Counted from the first letter of the stretch, positions 37,436 through 50,310 are shown. The stretch: DNA of 64,000 nucleotides from Heteronotia binoei (GCF_032191835.1 NC_083226.1:40362001-40426000), one strand, 5' to 3'. The notes: generated by a model from the sequence alone, not told the origin. Program-made: numbers and translations.

Positions 37436-37724
37436 CGGCCCCGTGGTGCAGAATGGTAAAGCAGCAGTACTGCAGTACTGTGGTCTGAACTCTCTGCTCA
37501 CGGCCTGAGTTTGATTCCGGTGGAAGCTGGCTCAAGGTTGACTCAGTCTTTCATCCTTCTGAGGTCGGTAAAATGAGTAGCCAGCTTGCTGGGGGGAAAG
37601 TGTAAAAGACTGGGGAAGGCAATGGCAAACTACACCGTAAAAAAAAAGTCCACCATGAAAACATTATGAAAGCAATGTCACCCCAGAGTCGGAAATGACT
37701 GGTGCTTGCACAGGAGACCTTTCC
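37436..37724 (+). mobile_element. Sauria SINE, full length
   Basis: tRNA-like head, core aaggttgactcag...gaggtcggtaaaatgagta, tail ggtgcttgcacaggagacctttcc; 13-bp TSD tattcatctgaaa (37423-37435, 37725-37737). Confidence 0.88.
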
Positions 37725-38084
37725 TATTCATCTGAAATTTATGAAGCAAAAACGACATTTTAAAAAATTAATGTTCTAGCCCACTCCTCAACATCTGCTC
37801 ATGCTTCTTTTCCAAAGTATCTCTTCCCAAAGCAAAACAACAGTCTTGACTTTCATTCATTTTACCGAAGAAAAGGGTGCTTCAAGAAACCATAAAATGC
37901 ATGACTTTTGGGTCTGCAGGATGAGCCCATTCCGAAACAGCTGCCCCCATCATAGGAGGAGGCTTGGTATACATTTTTTAATGAAATTGACTACCTGCCA
38001 ACATGGCAGTCAATTTCAGTGGTGTCCTCTACTTATTCTCAGCATACCTTTGAGACCACCTCTCCCCATATGAGCCCCATAGGT

Positions 38085-38525
38085 CTTTATAATCAATTAC
38101 TCAAGACCTCTTGGTGGTACTCAGCCCAAGAGATGTTCAACTTACCTTGACTAGGGCCAGGGCCTTTACGGACCTGGCCCTGCCTGATCGAATGAGCTCC
38201 CCTTGAAGATCCAACCCCTGCAGGACCTACTCCAATTCTGCAGGGCCTGTATAACACAGCTCTTCTGCCAGGCCTTCAATTGAGGTGGTAGACATTACCT
38301 GTCATTGCCCCCCCACCCATTCTAGTGTTGTAGGACCTGATGAACCTGGCCTGATAGGCCATGTCTGTTGAGGCTGGATCTGTTACTTTTAGCTTTTGTA
38401 GTTTTAGCTGTTTATATAATTTTAATCTGGTTTTAACTGCTTGGCTGTCTGATTTTATGATGTAACCTGCCCTGAGCCTGTTTTAAGAGAAGGGCAGGCT
38501 ATAAGTCAAATGAAATAAATAAATA
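38085..38525 (+). mobile_element. L2 LINE 3' fragment
   Basis: agggccagggcctttacgg...ttctgcagggcctgta; tail gtaacctgccctgagcc...aaataaa. Confidence 0.75.
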
Positions 38526-41514
38526 AAAACTCCAAGAACTCCCACTGCTTCAGCAAGGCTGAGGACCCATGCTTCTAGACAAGGCTGGTTTTACATTTGA
38601 ATGATGTTAGTGAAAGCTTTTTTTTTTGGTAGAAAAAGGCCACCAGGAACTCATTTGCATATTAGGCCACACACCCTGACATCACCACTGTTTCACACAT
38701 GGCTTTTTGTAGAAAAAGGCCATCAGGAACTCATTTGCATATTAGGCCACACACCCTGACACCAAGCCAGCTGGAACTGTGTGTTCCTGCTCAAAAAAAG
38801 CCCCGTGGGCATCAAATATAAAATTCACTTTATAGCATCTCATCTGTTTCTGCTTAAAATAAATTAATGAAACCGACTACCAACATATACAGACGCACAT
38901 ATATTTTACCTTTTTGTTTAGCAGCAGTACACACACAAAGACCTTTGAATGTGCTCCAAGCAAACCAAAGTACTCAAGTCTTGTTGCTATCAGTTGGGAC
39001 ATTCTCTTTTAAAACAGATTCTTAGGATTCTTCTCAAGCTGCCATATTCCACACTTCAGCACTTCATAGCTTCCATGCAAATTTTGAAAGTACTTCCAGG
39101 GATATACTATGTATACTTGTAATCATGTGTAGTCCTTTTTCAATAAGTAAATTATCAATGTGTATGCAATTATAAATGTAATTAACACTTCATTAGCAAA
39201 ACTGCATGTGTGTATACATACAAGCAAGTTACTACACGTTAAAAGATGTAGCATTCATTGTTATGGACAAAAATATGCAACCGTCAAATTTCATACCTCA
39301 ATAATGCAATCCAAAACAGAGTTAAACCCTACTAAGTCTGTTGACATCAATTTACTTAGAAAGGTGTAACTCTGTTTAGGTTGACAGTGTAAATATTTGT
39401 GATTACAGAGCCAAACTCATGATCTGAATCACTTCAACTGACTGTGGTTCATTCAGAACTGACAAACTGGGGAAGATCCCTTTTGTCGATATAGGATATA
39501 GGCTAATTTTCAGAAGGTATATTCCACAGTTCCTTCTACACTAGCTTTTTTCAAACTGAGATAAACTCAATTATTATAAGGAACCCAGACAGAATCATTA
39601 CCAAACCACAGCATACCCATACTTTCCCAGCTGTCATCCCACATTATGGCATTTATTTAAATATTTATATTCTACTTTTTCCATATCTCAAAACCTCACA
39701 TCCCATTAAATGCCACAACAAATGCTGGTATTGACTTGAAAGGGGGATAAAAAATAAGGCAAATGGCAGCGTCCCCAGAGCAAAAAAATAGACTTGGGCC
39801 TATTATGCATAGGTATTTCCCCTCACTTTCATTGTGCATGTCTTATCAGGTTTTCTTTGTCATTCTGCATTGATTCCCCGCCCCCCCTTCAGCACTCAAG
39901 TTCACTTTCTGGTTACTGTTTCCCCTGGTTTTCTGAATGTGTTTTTGTGCCAATTTTTCTCTTGTTTCACTTCCAAGTTGAAAGTAATTCAAAAGTATAC
40001 AGATTCCCTTGGATTCCCCTATGCCCTTTTGCCACCCCTTGAAGGTCACTCCCCACCCACATCGAGGTCATTCCACCTACTCTGTACCTTCTGCCACCCT
40101 CCCCCCTTCATCAGTCTACAAGCTCCATTTCCCCCTCATTTTAATTTTTTTAATATTTTACAAGCAGCATGAGTCTAGCAATATGAAATTATCACTAGCC
40201 TACGATTACTGAATTTAAAAAAAAAATAAAATGGCAGGAAAGTTTTAAAGGAGCTGTGTAAAGTTTAGTTCCCTGCTGGAATTGACTTGAAAAGGGGATC
40301 AAAAAGAAGGCAAATGGCAGCATCCCCAGAGCAAAAAAAAAAAAGGATTTCAGTGTTGCACACAAACAAAATAAGGGGGGATCATCAGCGCAGAATGAAA
40401 TTACATGAGCTGTAAAGACAGAGAGTGGGATGGGAAAGCTTTGAAAACATTTTCTCTTTAATGCTGAAGAAGAATTGCAGATTTATACCCTGCCCTTCTC
40501 CCTAAAACAAAGACTCAGAGCGGCTTACAATCTCCTATATCTCCTCCCCCCACAAGAGATACCCTGTGAGGTGGGTGGGGCTGAGAGGGCTCTCACAGCA
40601 GCTGCCCTTTCAAGGACAGCAGCTGCCCTTTCAAGCTCTGCCAGAGCTATGGCTTACCCAAGGCCATTCCAGCAGGTACAATTGCAGGCCTGTGCAAAGC
40701 ATGGTGGAGTATTGCCATCAATCACAGCTTGCAATGCAGGTGTCAGTGGGTTCTACCATGCATTCTGTATACTCAACATGTTTCCCCATATTATGAGTTT
40801 GTGTAACTCTTCCCCATTTTTTTATTGCGGTGATAAGACAGCAGAGATTCTGCTAATGTGTGGTAATATGGAAAATGGGGCTTTGCAGCTGCTTGTCAGT
40901 TTCAGAAAAAGTCTGGTCGATTACAACAATGGATTTCCCACCCCACCTTGCCTTCCTTCCTGTTCCCTTTCATTCAAGGAACCAACACTAAAATTCAAGC
41001 ACAAAACCTGAACCATATTACTATACAGCTGCAATAGGGCAACTACTTACATTAAAAAAAAACAACAACTTTAGACACCACCCTCCACATGTCACAAATG
41101 ACATTCCACTCTAATTTAGAAAAATGTTTTTTTTAAAATACAGCAGAGAGAAAAAATGGTATGCAAGTCAAGATTAAATGCGTACTGCTTTGAAAATCTG
41201 CAGTAAGATGTGCATGCAAAATGGGCCCTGATCTCAAATATAGGTGAAAATTATTATTTATTTATTTGCTTCATTTATACCTTGCCTTTCTCTCCAATGG
41301 GGACCTAAAGTGGCTTACGTTGTTCGCTTACAATCTCCTATATAACACCAACCCTGTGACATAAGTTAGGCTGACAGTGTGTGAGTGGATCCCAACAACC
41401 TTTCATGGTAGAGTATGGATTTAAACCTGGATCTCCCTGATCCACTGCATCACATTGTACTGTACCACACTGGCTGTCGCTACTGATGTGCACACCTGTA
41501 CTTAGGAATTAAGT

Positions 41515-42347
41515 CAGGGGTGTTGAACTCAGGAGGGCCAGATCTGACACAAATGGGATTTTGTGGGGCCAGGTCATGGGTGTCATAAAATGTAATGTGA
41601 GGGAGCAGAGACATAAACTTTATAAAGGTCACAAACTCAATTAAAGATATTATTTTTAGCTTAAAATACAAACATGCTTAAAACGCTTGCAATATTTTGT
41701 TTAAAATGGAATGGTGGGGGAATAGTGGGATAAGAAAATGCAATTTTTAAAATAAAACATAAAAAAAAGCATAAAGATCACAGCAGAAATTAAAAATATA
41801 AAAAGCTGCGAGCCTGGGGGGAAAATGAAATGGCATTACAAGCTTCTCTCCCCCCCCCCCCCGAGTCTACTCAGATTGGCAATGGCTCTCCAGTGTAATA
41901 TCCCACTTTGGCTGTGGATTCCCAAGTTAGAGCACTCAATAGGCACAAGTTCCTAAACCCACTGAGCAGAGACAAGCTGGCTCGAAACATCAACCTTTTA
42001 TTTTCAAGGACGCAACTCGGAGAAGCATGAGCTTCAGCTGGGCCACAGGAACGGAGAAACAGAACAGACAAAGTTGCAAGGAAAACATGGAATGGATTTT
42101 CCACTAAGGCCTCTGGGCCCTATCTATCTGCTCACAGATGTCTTAATGGAAAATCCACTCCACATTTTCTTTGCAGCTTTGTTTCCTGTTGCAACCAGAC
42201 AAAGCAGAAAGAGCAGGGAACTTCGGCAGCCTTGGAGCTTCAAAGGGTTAAGACAGGAAAGGGAGGGGGAGAAAAGAGCCTGGTGGGTCTCATTAAAGCC
42301 CTGGGCAGATGGGTTCTGGCCTGCAGGCCAGACATTTGACACCCCTG
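41515..42347. mobile_element. Charlie-like hAT non-autonomous element, same family
   Basis: TIRs caggggtgttgaac / tttgacacccctg; perfect TSD aattaagt (41507-41514, 42348-42355). Confidence 0.88.
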
Positions 42348-42695
42348 AATTAAGTTTTTAAAAAACTCTCTTCCTCCACTCCAGAAAGCAGCAACAACAG
42401 CACAAGTAATGAGGATGACAGGTGCTTCAGTCACTTACAGTGCAATCTCAAGAAGAATTACACCCTTCTTAGCCCACTGACTTCAATGTACTCAGAAGGG
42501 TGTTAATCAATTCTAGCAACAGAAGAAGAAAACGACGGCAGATTTATACCCTGCCCTTCTCTCTGAATCAGAGACTCAGAGCGGCTTACAATCTCCTATA
42601 TCTTCTCCCCCCTCAACAGACACCCTCTGAGGTGGGTTGGGCTGAGATGGCTCTCACAGCAGCTGCCCTTTCAAGGACAACTCCTGTGATAGCTA

Positions 42696-44220
42696 TAGTA
42701 TGTCACAGAAGTTGAGTACACCCCCTCACATTTTGTAAATATTTAAGTAGATTACCTAGATCACAGCCATTAATGTCTAAACTGCTGGCAACAAAAGTGA
42801 GTACACTCCTAAGTGATAACTTCCAAATGGGGCCCAAAGTGTCAATATTTTGTGTGGCCACCATTATTTTCCAGCACTGCCTTAACCCTCTTGGGCACAG
42901 AGTTCACCAGAGTTTCACAGGTTGCCACTGGAGTCCTCTTCCACACCTCCATGATGACGTCACGTAACTGGTGGATGTTAGTGACCTTGTGCACCTCCAC
43001 CTTCTGTTTCAGGATGCCCCACAGATGCTCAATAGGGTTTAGGTCTGGAGACATGCTTGGCCAGTCCATCACCTTTACCCTCAGCTTCTTTAGCAAGGCA
43101 GTGGTCATTTTGGAGGTGCATTTGGGGTTGTTATCATGTTGGAATACTGCTCTGCGGCCCAGTCTCCAAAGGGAGGGGATCATGCTCTGCTTCAGTATGT
43201 CACAGTACATGTTGGCATTCATGGTTCCCTCAATGAACTGTAGCTCCCCAGTGACGGCAGCACTCATGCAGCCCCAGACCATGACATTCACACCATCATG
43301 CTTGACTGTAAGCAAGACACACTTGTCTTTGTACTCCTCACCTGGTTGCTGCCACACACGCTTGACACCATCTGAACCAAATAAGTTTATCTTGGTCTCA
43401 TCGGACCACAGGACATGGTTTCAGAAATCCATGTCCTTAGTCTGCTTATTCGCAGCAAACCGTTTGCAGGCTTTCTTGTGCATCATCTTTAGAAGAGGCT
43501 TCCTTCTGAGACGACAGCCCTGCAGACCAATTTGATGCAGCGTGAAGCGTATGGTCTGAGCACTGACAGGCTGATCCCTCCCCATCCCTTCAACCTCTGT
43601 AGCAATGCTGGCTGCACTCATATGTCTATTTCCCAAAGCCAACCTCTGGATATGCTGAGCACAGGCACTCAACTTCTTTGGTTGACCATGGCAAGGCCTG
43701 TTCTGAGTGGAACCTGTCCTGTTAAACCGCTGTATGGTCTTGGCCACCGAGCTGCAGCTCACTTTCAGGGCCTTGGCAATCTTCTTATAGCCTAGGCCAA
43801 CTTTATGTAGAGCAACAATTCATTTTTTCAGATCCTCAGAGAGTTCATTGCCATGAGCTGCCATGTGGAACTTCCAGTGACCAGTATGAGGGAGTGAGAG
43901 CGATAACCTGCTCCCCCTTCACACCTGATACCTTGTACCACTAACGAGTCACATGACACTAGGGAAGGAAAACGGCTACTTGGGCCCCATTTGGATATTA
44001 CCACTTAGGGGTGTACTCACTTTTGTTGCCAGCAGTTTAGACATTAATGGCTGTGTGCTGTGTAATTTTGAGGGGACAGCACATTTACACTGTTATACAA
44101 GCTGTAGAATCACTACTTTACATTGTAGCCAAGTGTCATTTCTTCAGTGTTGTCACATGAAAAGATATACTTAAATATTTACAAAATGTGAGGGGATGTA
44201 CTCACTTCTGTGACACACTG
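42696..44220 (-). mobile_element. Tc1/mariner (DD34E, IR/DR-type) transposon, near full length, TA TSD
   Basis: TA at 42694-42695 and 44221-44222. Terminal ~55 bp are inverted copies (cagtgtgtcacagaagtgagtac...), with inner direct repeats (aaaagtgagtacac). The right TIR is ~220 bp; the left TIR lacks ~100 bp. Confidence 0.95.
42842..43864 (-). pseudogene. Tc1 transposase, inactivated (stop + frameshifts)
   Basis: MAAHGNELSEDLKK*IVALHK...; RRKPLL; VLWSDET; FQHDNNPK-(34 aa)-SPDLNPIEHLW...GGHTKY. Confidence 0.92.
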
Positions 44221-44929
44221 TATGGTTGACCCAAGGCCATTCCAGCAGCTGTAAGTGGAGGAGTGGGGAATCAAATCCGGTTCTCCCAGATAAGAGTCAG
44301 CACACTTAACCACTACACCAAACAAGACACTGCAGCAGCCCCCCATCCTCAGGGTTATTGCCTACCAGCATCCTGGCTATCTCCTTTCTTTCTGACTTGT
44401 ACAATAGGCAGAAAATCCAGCACCCAAACATGCAAATTAGCCCTGAGGAGGGGAGAGGCAAGAACTCGGAAGCAGGAGGCTTGAGACAAAGCAGCAAAGT
44501 ATGCCAGGCATTGGGAGGGAGGAAAAAAGTCAGGCTGCTGCTGATCTGTGTATTTAAGAAAGTGTAGCAATGCTGGGTATCAGAGCAAGCCTCCTAAACT
44601 CCTGTGATCCACCCACTTGCATAGAGGGGAGCTTTATATTAATTTTCTTTTTAAACTGTAGTGCAAGTGTGCTAATAATTTTAATATACAAAGCACATAT
44701 CCCAGCATTGTTGCTTATGAAAGTGCTGCCTGGCACTTTTGCCAGTGGAAAGGATTTGCCAGACTGTAATCTATATTTAGAGTTGTATGGAACCAGTGAT
44801 TGACCGGGTTGCAGCTGACTGCAGAGATGTAATGTCTCAGCAGCTGTAGTGTGATAGCTTTATTGCTCTGATGCATTGGAAGTCATATTGGAAAGCATAA
44901 CTTTGTATAATGTGTAAAAAAGTAAATTA

Positions 44930-45081
44930 GGCTGTGATCACACACACTAACTAATACACTTGCAATCCACTTTCAATGCACTTTCAAACTGGATTTTGCC
45001 ACTTCACACAAGTAAAATCCAGTTGGAAAGTGCATTGAAAGTGGATTGAAAGTGCATTATTTAGTGTGTGTGATCACAGCC
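44930..45081. mobile_element. Fully palindromic ~150-bp MITE
   Basis: ggctgtgatcacacacacta...tagtgtgtgtgatcacagcc, flanked by TA; the interior is also self-complementary. Confidence 0.8.
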
Positions 45082-47312
45082 TAAGTATATAAATGTTAAG
45101 TGAAAGACATGAACACATGAAGCTGCCTGATCCTTGATCAGATCACAAGGTCAGTATTTTCTGCTCCAACTGGCAGCAACTCTTACTGCTACATGATCCT
45201 TTGAACTGGAAATGCTGAGGACTGAGCCTAGCTAGAACTATCTGTGTGCAAGGCAAATGCTCTACCACAGAGCAACCCACAGCTCTCCCATATGCATTAT
45301 TGGTATCAGTACGTCATCCTCAAGCTATGGAGTCAACACACCCCATTTGTTTATAGCTGATCTGCTGATTCTCTATTCCCTGAGTAACCATTTAAAAACT
45401 TGGTAGTCGTCTCACAAGCCTACTGCAACTCAATTATGTGAGTGGACAACATATTCAGCACAGATACCACCAAAAACATATAAAGATCCTGAGGAATACA
45501 GCTAATATGCCTATTTCAGTTTCTGGGCTGCTCCCACATGAGGATGTTTTCTTTGGTAGTCAAGGTGCTGATGCAATCCCGTGATAAATCCCCCTAAACA
45601 GCAAAGGTCATCTATTTTCTCTCCATTGTTAGCCATGGCTTCCCTTTTACATGTAATGGGCATTGAAGACCCCACCATGACAACTGTGATGTCACTTGAC
45701 AGTTAAAATTGTTCCCCCACTGTGTTTTAATTTTATGTTTAGGAGCATAGGTAATGCTGCACAGGAATAACACAATACCTTTAAAAAATCATCCATGCAT
45801 TTGCAGAGGCAACCCCTCCTCCCCTTTGAAAGACAGGATTAGGTGTGAATAATTCTCTCAGTTATATTTTAAAGAAAACCTTCAAGAGCTTGGGTAATGC
45901 TGCACAGAAATAACACAATCACTTTTATAAAATTTTCTTACAAAAACTCAACATATTTGCCATGACCTTGAAGAGATCTTCTGCCCCTTCTCCCTGTCCA
46001 AAAGCCAGGCTGGGGAATTCTCTTCTTTTATACAAACTGCTGCAATTGATAAGTACTTCACGGAAGTCCTATAAATGAAGTTTCCCTTTCAGACCCAAGA
46101 AACTGCTCATGCTGATAGTCCCCTTTCCAGGAAATACCACTTTTTAACAGGTTTGAAATACTTTTTTGTTGTTGGAGAAACAGGCTGCCAATGGCCCCTA
46201 CACAAACAGAGGACAACATCATTTGGGGATCTGAAAAAAGTGTGAGACAGGTGGCTGAAATGTGGGGAATCCTTGGTGCAAAAGCAGTCCTGGTGGACAC
46301 GTTGCACATAATATATGACTTTCATATTTAGTAGCTAGCTTAGCCTAACAATGAAACTACTTGGGGCAAAACTTGAAAGATAAAGAAGATATAGGTTATA
46401 CAGTATTCCTGGATGATGACATTTAAACAGAAAGTGATGTTAAGATGGCTGTTCTTAGCACTGCTAGGAAGGAACAAATTGGGACAACCGTACAGCCCAG
46501 CCTTTTTCAGCACCTACACTTTTTTTTCATTTGAGGAACCCTCTATATTGCGTATTGCAACATGTATAGTGTGACTGGAAATTTGCCTTGGATGAATAGC
46601 AGCAAGGAGAAAACTACATCCAAATGTGTGAAAGTCCCATATGTTTAAGATGAAAAGGTGCCTTGGAAGGTTATGATTTTAAATCAAATGGTTAGGGCCA
46701 GGTAATAGCAATGAACAATACTCCTTTGCAATATCTCCTTTGCTACCTATCTAAGGAGGTTTGATCACACAATGAAAATGACACACAAAGTCCTGGGATT
46801 TTTTTGGAGCTGGGCACTAGCTGAGTTGCAGCCACACATAGTGCAATATTCAGCAGTCACTGTGCTACAGCAATCAATTGCAACCGGTTTGTCTTGTCCA
46901 CACAGAAAACCGAGTTGTAAATGGTTACTATAACTCAATAATAGTGCAGTATCCAGTAATTGCTGGATGCAGCACAGAAACAGTTGTGTTTTTCTTTCAT
47001 CTAGGATCTAGCTCATAACTTCAATAGCCATTTTCATTGCACCACCTGCAAACACAGCACTCAATGATGCAGCTAGACAGCTTTATTAGCAAGTACTAGC
47101 TAGAATGTGACTACACCATCAGTATATATCACAGCTTTGAGTTTAATCCAGACCAACAAGATGGTTCATAGTTAGCTGTTGCAGCTTGGCCCTTCATTAC
47201 TTATGCATTTGCTATGAATTCAGGTATGTCCACATGCTCTATGGCTCTTTTAACAAGTGAAGCTTAACTCTTCTTGGCCAAAGGCATTTTCACATGTAAC
47301 ATTCCCTTGATA

Positions 47313-47425
47313 AGAACAAATCTGAGTCCAGTGGCACCTTTAAGACCAACAAAGTCTTAAGATCTTAAAGATGCCACTGGACTCAAACTTAGTTCTGCTG
47401 CTTCAGACCAACACCACTACCCCAC
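47313..47425. mobile_element. Penelope-like terminal-repeat fragment in head-to-head arrangement
   Basis: tgagtccagtggcacctttaaga / tcttaaagatgccactggactca. The same motif occurs at ~30205-30250 and ~61860-61945. Confidence 0.55.
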
Positions 47426-47904
47426 CTGAATTCCTTTTATGAGTTAGTATGAATGTGTTTCTGGATGTCTCCTGTCAAGGTAAAACCTGTGCTAGCTAGA
47501 ATATTTGTTTTATATTTAAAGGGTTACTTTCATTTGTAATAATGGCATCCACATACATAAGTGAGGCTGAAAGGGCATAAAAACACCCTGCCATCTGAAC
47601 ATAAAGCTGTCACACTGCTTTCAAACACATCTCACATAAACACATTTGCCTTCCACTTTCTATCCACTCTCCACTAACAATTGTTCTCAAATGATCCTTT
47701 GAACATGCTGGTCATACTTAAGTTAAAGTAGGTTCATTTTCTTTGCGAGAGAACCAGTGTGCAGAGCTGACCCTGCCACTAACCAAACTAGGTGATCGCC
47801 TAGGGCACCAGCCTTCTGGGAGAGAAGAGCTGGGTGCCCCCCACGTGACTCTGTGATGTTATCATTCGGCGGGTGCGGCAGCTGGCTCCTTTTCTGGAGC
47901 ACAA

Positions 47905-48648
47905 TGACTTAGCAATGGTGATCCATGCTACAGTCACCTCAAGAATAGATCACTGTAATGCTCTCTACATGGGGCTACCCTTGACGCTGACTCGGAAACT
48001 ACAGTTAGTGCAGAATGCTGCGGCACGGCTGTTAATGAGGCTCCCTTGATGGGAGCACATTCAGCCAGTGCTGAAAGAGCTGCACTGGCTACCTATTGTG
48101 TTCCGAATCCGTTTCAAGGTGTTGGTATTGACCTTTAAAGCCCTTTATGGTCAGGGACCTGTTTATCTGGGGGACCACCTTTCCCCATATATCTTCCAGA
48201 GAGCACTGTGTTCAGGGTCAAAAAATCTGCTGTCCACCCCTGGACCAAAGGAAGCCAGGTTGCGTTTGACACCAGCCAGGGCCTTCTCGGTGGCAGCACC
48301 AGAGTTATGGAATGCTCTCCCGGAAGTCATAAGGGCCCTGCGGGACCTTCCTACATTCCACAGGGCCTATAAGACGGAAGTTTCGACAGGCCTCTGATGC
48401 TTAAACTGAGAGAGAGCTGCCACCCGACATCAGCTAGAGTTCCCGGTGACCAATCATCTGAAAAGCAGAACCACCAACATAGTAATGGTACAGCACCGTG
48501 GAATAGTTTTAAAATTTTAATTGTATTAATGTTTTATAGATTTTATTGACTTATTGTTTTAAATCGTGTAAACGACTGTTGTAAGCCGCCTTGAGTCCAC
48601 TTGCGGAGAGGGCGGGATAAAACTCTAATGTAAATAAAGAAATAAATC
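47905..48648 (+). mobile_element. L2 LINE 3' fragment
   Basis: RIDHCNALYMGLPL...LQLVQNAAA...LKELHWLPIVFRIRFKVLVLTFKAL...RAFSVAAPELWNALP; tail gccgccttgag...gggcgggataaa. Confidence 0.88.
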
Positions 48649-49099
48649 ATTGCAGGGGGTGGGGTGCCAGACAGTCTAGTGCCAGCCCTGCAAGAGTGGC
48701 GTAGCTGTTCATGTGCCTAGCATTTGGGAGCCTTGGGTTCCACTTGAAGATATTAAAAAATTCTCTTTGGAATGGCCCATATTTATTTATTTAAATATTT
48801 ATACCATGCTTTTCTCCCCAGAGGGCAACCCAAAGCAGTTTACACAAAGAAGTTCTCCCATCCTCCGTTTTATCTGTACAATTACGCTATTAGGCAGGTT
48901 AGGCTGGGACTGCCCTAAGTAGCCACCCAGCAAATTTCTGTGGCAGAGGGGAGATTCAAATCTGGGTCTTCCATCGCGCGCTGTAACCACTTCACCATCA
49001 TGCACAGGTGCAAGGAATTCCTTCGCCCTGTGATGGATAGGCATTATGAACCAAGGTCCCAAAAACCGGCACAAAAGGGGGGTGGGTGCTCATTAAATG

Positions 49100-50310
49100 C
49101 AGGCTAATGATTGCGCGTCCCGACCCCCCAAACGGGCATGGTGACTTCAGATTACGGAAAGAGGATTTAAGGGCGCAATCCAAGGAGTCCCAAATTATTC
49201 GATGGGGCCCACTCTCAGAAAAAGCGCGGCCCAACAAACCCGTGCGTGCGTGCGTGCGGACTGCAATCAGCAGCGCGCCCACGACGGAACATGCAAAAAG
49301 CACGCCCGGCCCGAGTCGTCGTCACTCACCGCCGCCTGCTGGAAGGCGCCCTTGGTGTAGGTGCCGCCCCCCCGGTAGCCGATGGCCGGGATCTCGCGGC
49401 TGAGCAAGGCGCACTTGTGCTGCTGCGGCCGAGCCGGGGGCGAAATGTAGTCCACGCGCGGCACCACGTTGTTCTTGGAGGAGAAGGTGACGATGGCGAC
49501 GCGCGTGGCGGTGGGCACCACCGGGAAGTCGGAGAGGAGCTTCTTGACGAAGCGCAACTCGCTGAGGAAGTTCGCCTGGCCCACGCTCGACGACTCGTCC
49601 ACCAGGAAGACCAGCTCCAGCCGCCCGCTCTTCTCCCGCAGCTGCCTCACCTGCCGCTTGAAAGCCCGGCCCAACTTCTCCACTTTGCTCTCCGGCGGCG
49701 CGCCGGCAGGCAGCAGCTGCAGCGCCGCCCCGGCGGCGGCCAAAGAAGAAGACGACGAAGAAGAAGCCGCTAGCGCCGCTAAAGAGCTGAAGTTGAGGGG
49801 GCGGTAGAGGCCGATGGACTGGAAAGGCGCCCAGCCCCACACGCCGCCCCACAAGAGCACGCTCAGCAGGGGCCACATCCCGCCGGGACACCGTCCCCCA
49901 GCCTCACGCCCGTGGCGCCCTTTTCTTTTCGCCCAACTCCGACCCGGCCTTGCTTTTGGCGCGCACGTGGAGAAGACGGGGGCTCGCTCTACGCCCACTC
50001 TCGTCTCTGCCGCCTCAGCTGGGAGCAGCGAAATCCCAAAAGCGGCTCCTCTCCTCCACCGCCCGGCCCTGAAGTGCTGGAGGGGGGTGTATATCCGAGA
50101 TATGAATGTCTCTCCTCTCCTCCCCTCGCTTGCTCGCTCTCTGCTGAAGTTGTTGCTGTCACCAGAGCCCCTCCGGTGTCTGCCGGCCTGTCAACATTCC
50201 CAGCGCAAACACATCGGCACCGAGGCTTAAGCGCTGATTGATCCCATATGTCTGGCGGGGAGCAACGGACGGAGAAAGGGAGGGGACGAAGAGGGGAAGG
50301 GGCGGGGAGG
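49100..50310 (-). promoter_or_regulatory. CpG island covering SVEP1 promoter, 5'UTR and exon 1
   Basis: Abrupt GC- and CpG-rich island in an AT-rich, CpG-poor background; GC box ggggcggggag near 50300. TSS not determinable from sequence. Confidence 0.85.
49330..49878 (-). CDS. SVEP1: SVEP1 coding exon 1 (signal peptide + N-terminal half of VWA domain)
   Basis: ATG at 49878-49876 gives [16 protein letters not shown]...[18 protein letters not shown]...[15 protein letters not shown], matching vertebrate SVEP1 including the VWA DxSxS motif. Phase-0 donor GCG|GTGAGT at 49330/49329. 549 nt. Confidence 0.96.

Larger units (their letters stand above)
42521..44325 (-). mobile_element. tRNA-derived SINE (L2-like tail) split by the Tc1 element
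   Basis: 42521-42695 and 44221-44325 rejoin at agcTAtgg to match the intact copy at 13495-13743; A/B boxes in the right part. Confidence 0.85.

Noticed and set aside
40475-41011. 178-aa ORF
   Set aside because: Starts in the antisense of a SINE and continues into unique intron; no domain or splice support.
42813-43535. 240-aa plus-strand ORF
   Set aside because: Antisense frame of the Tc1 transposase.
49879-49998. 40-codon N-terminal extension in the ORF track (GTG start, MGVERAPV...)
   Set aside because: Homology and the signal peptide begin at the ATG at 49878; stop-free upstream frames are expected in a GC-rich island.
49086-50241. Several overlapping 100-190 aa ORFs on both strands around exon 1
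   Set aside because: Shadow frames of a GC-rich exon/CpG island with low-complexity Arg/Ala/Gly content and no recognisable domain.
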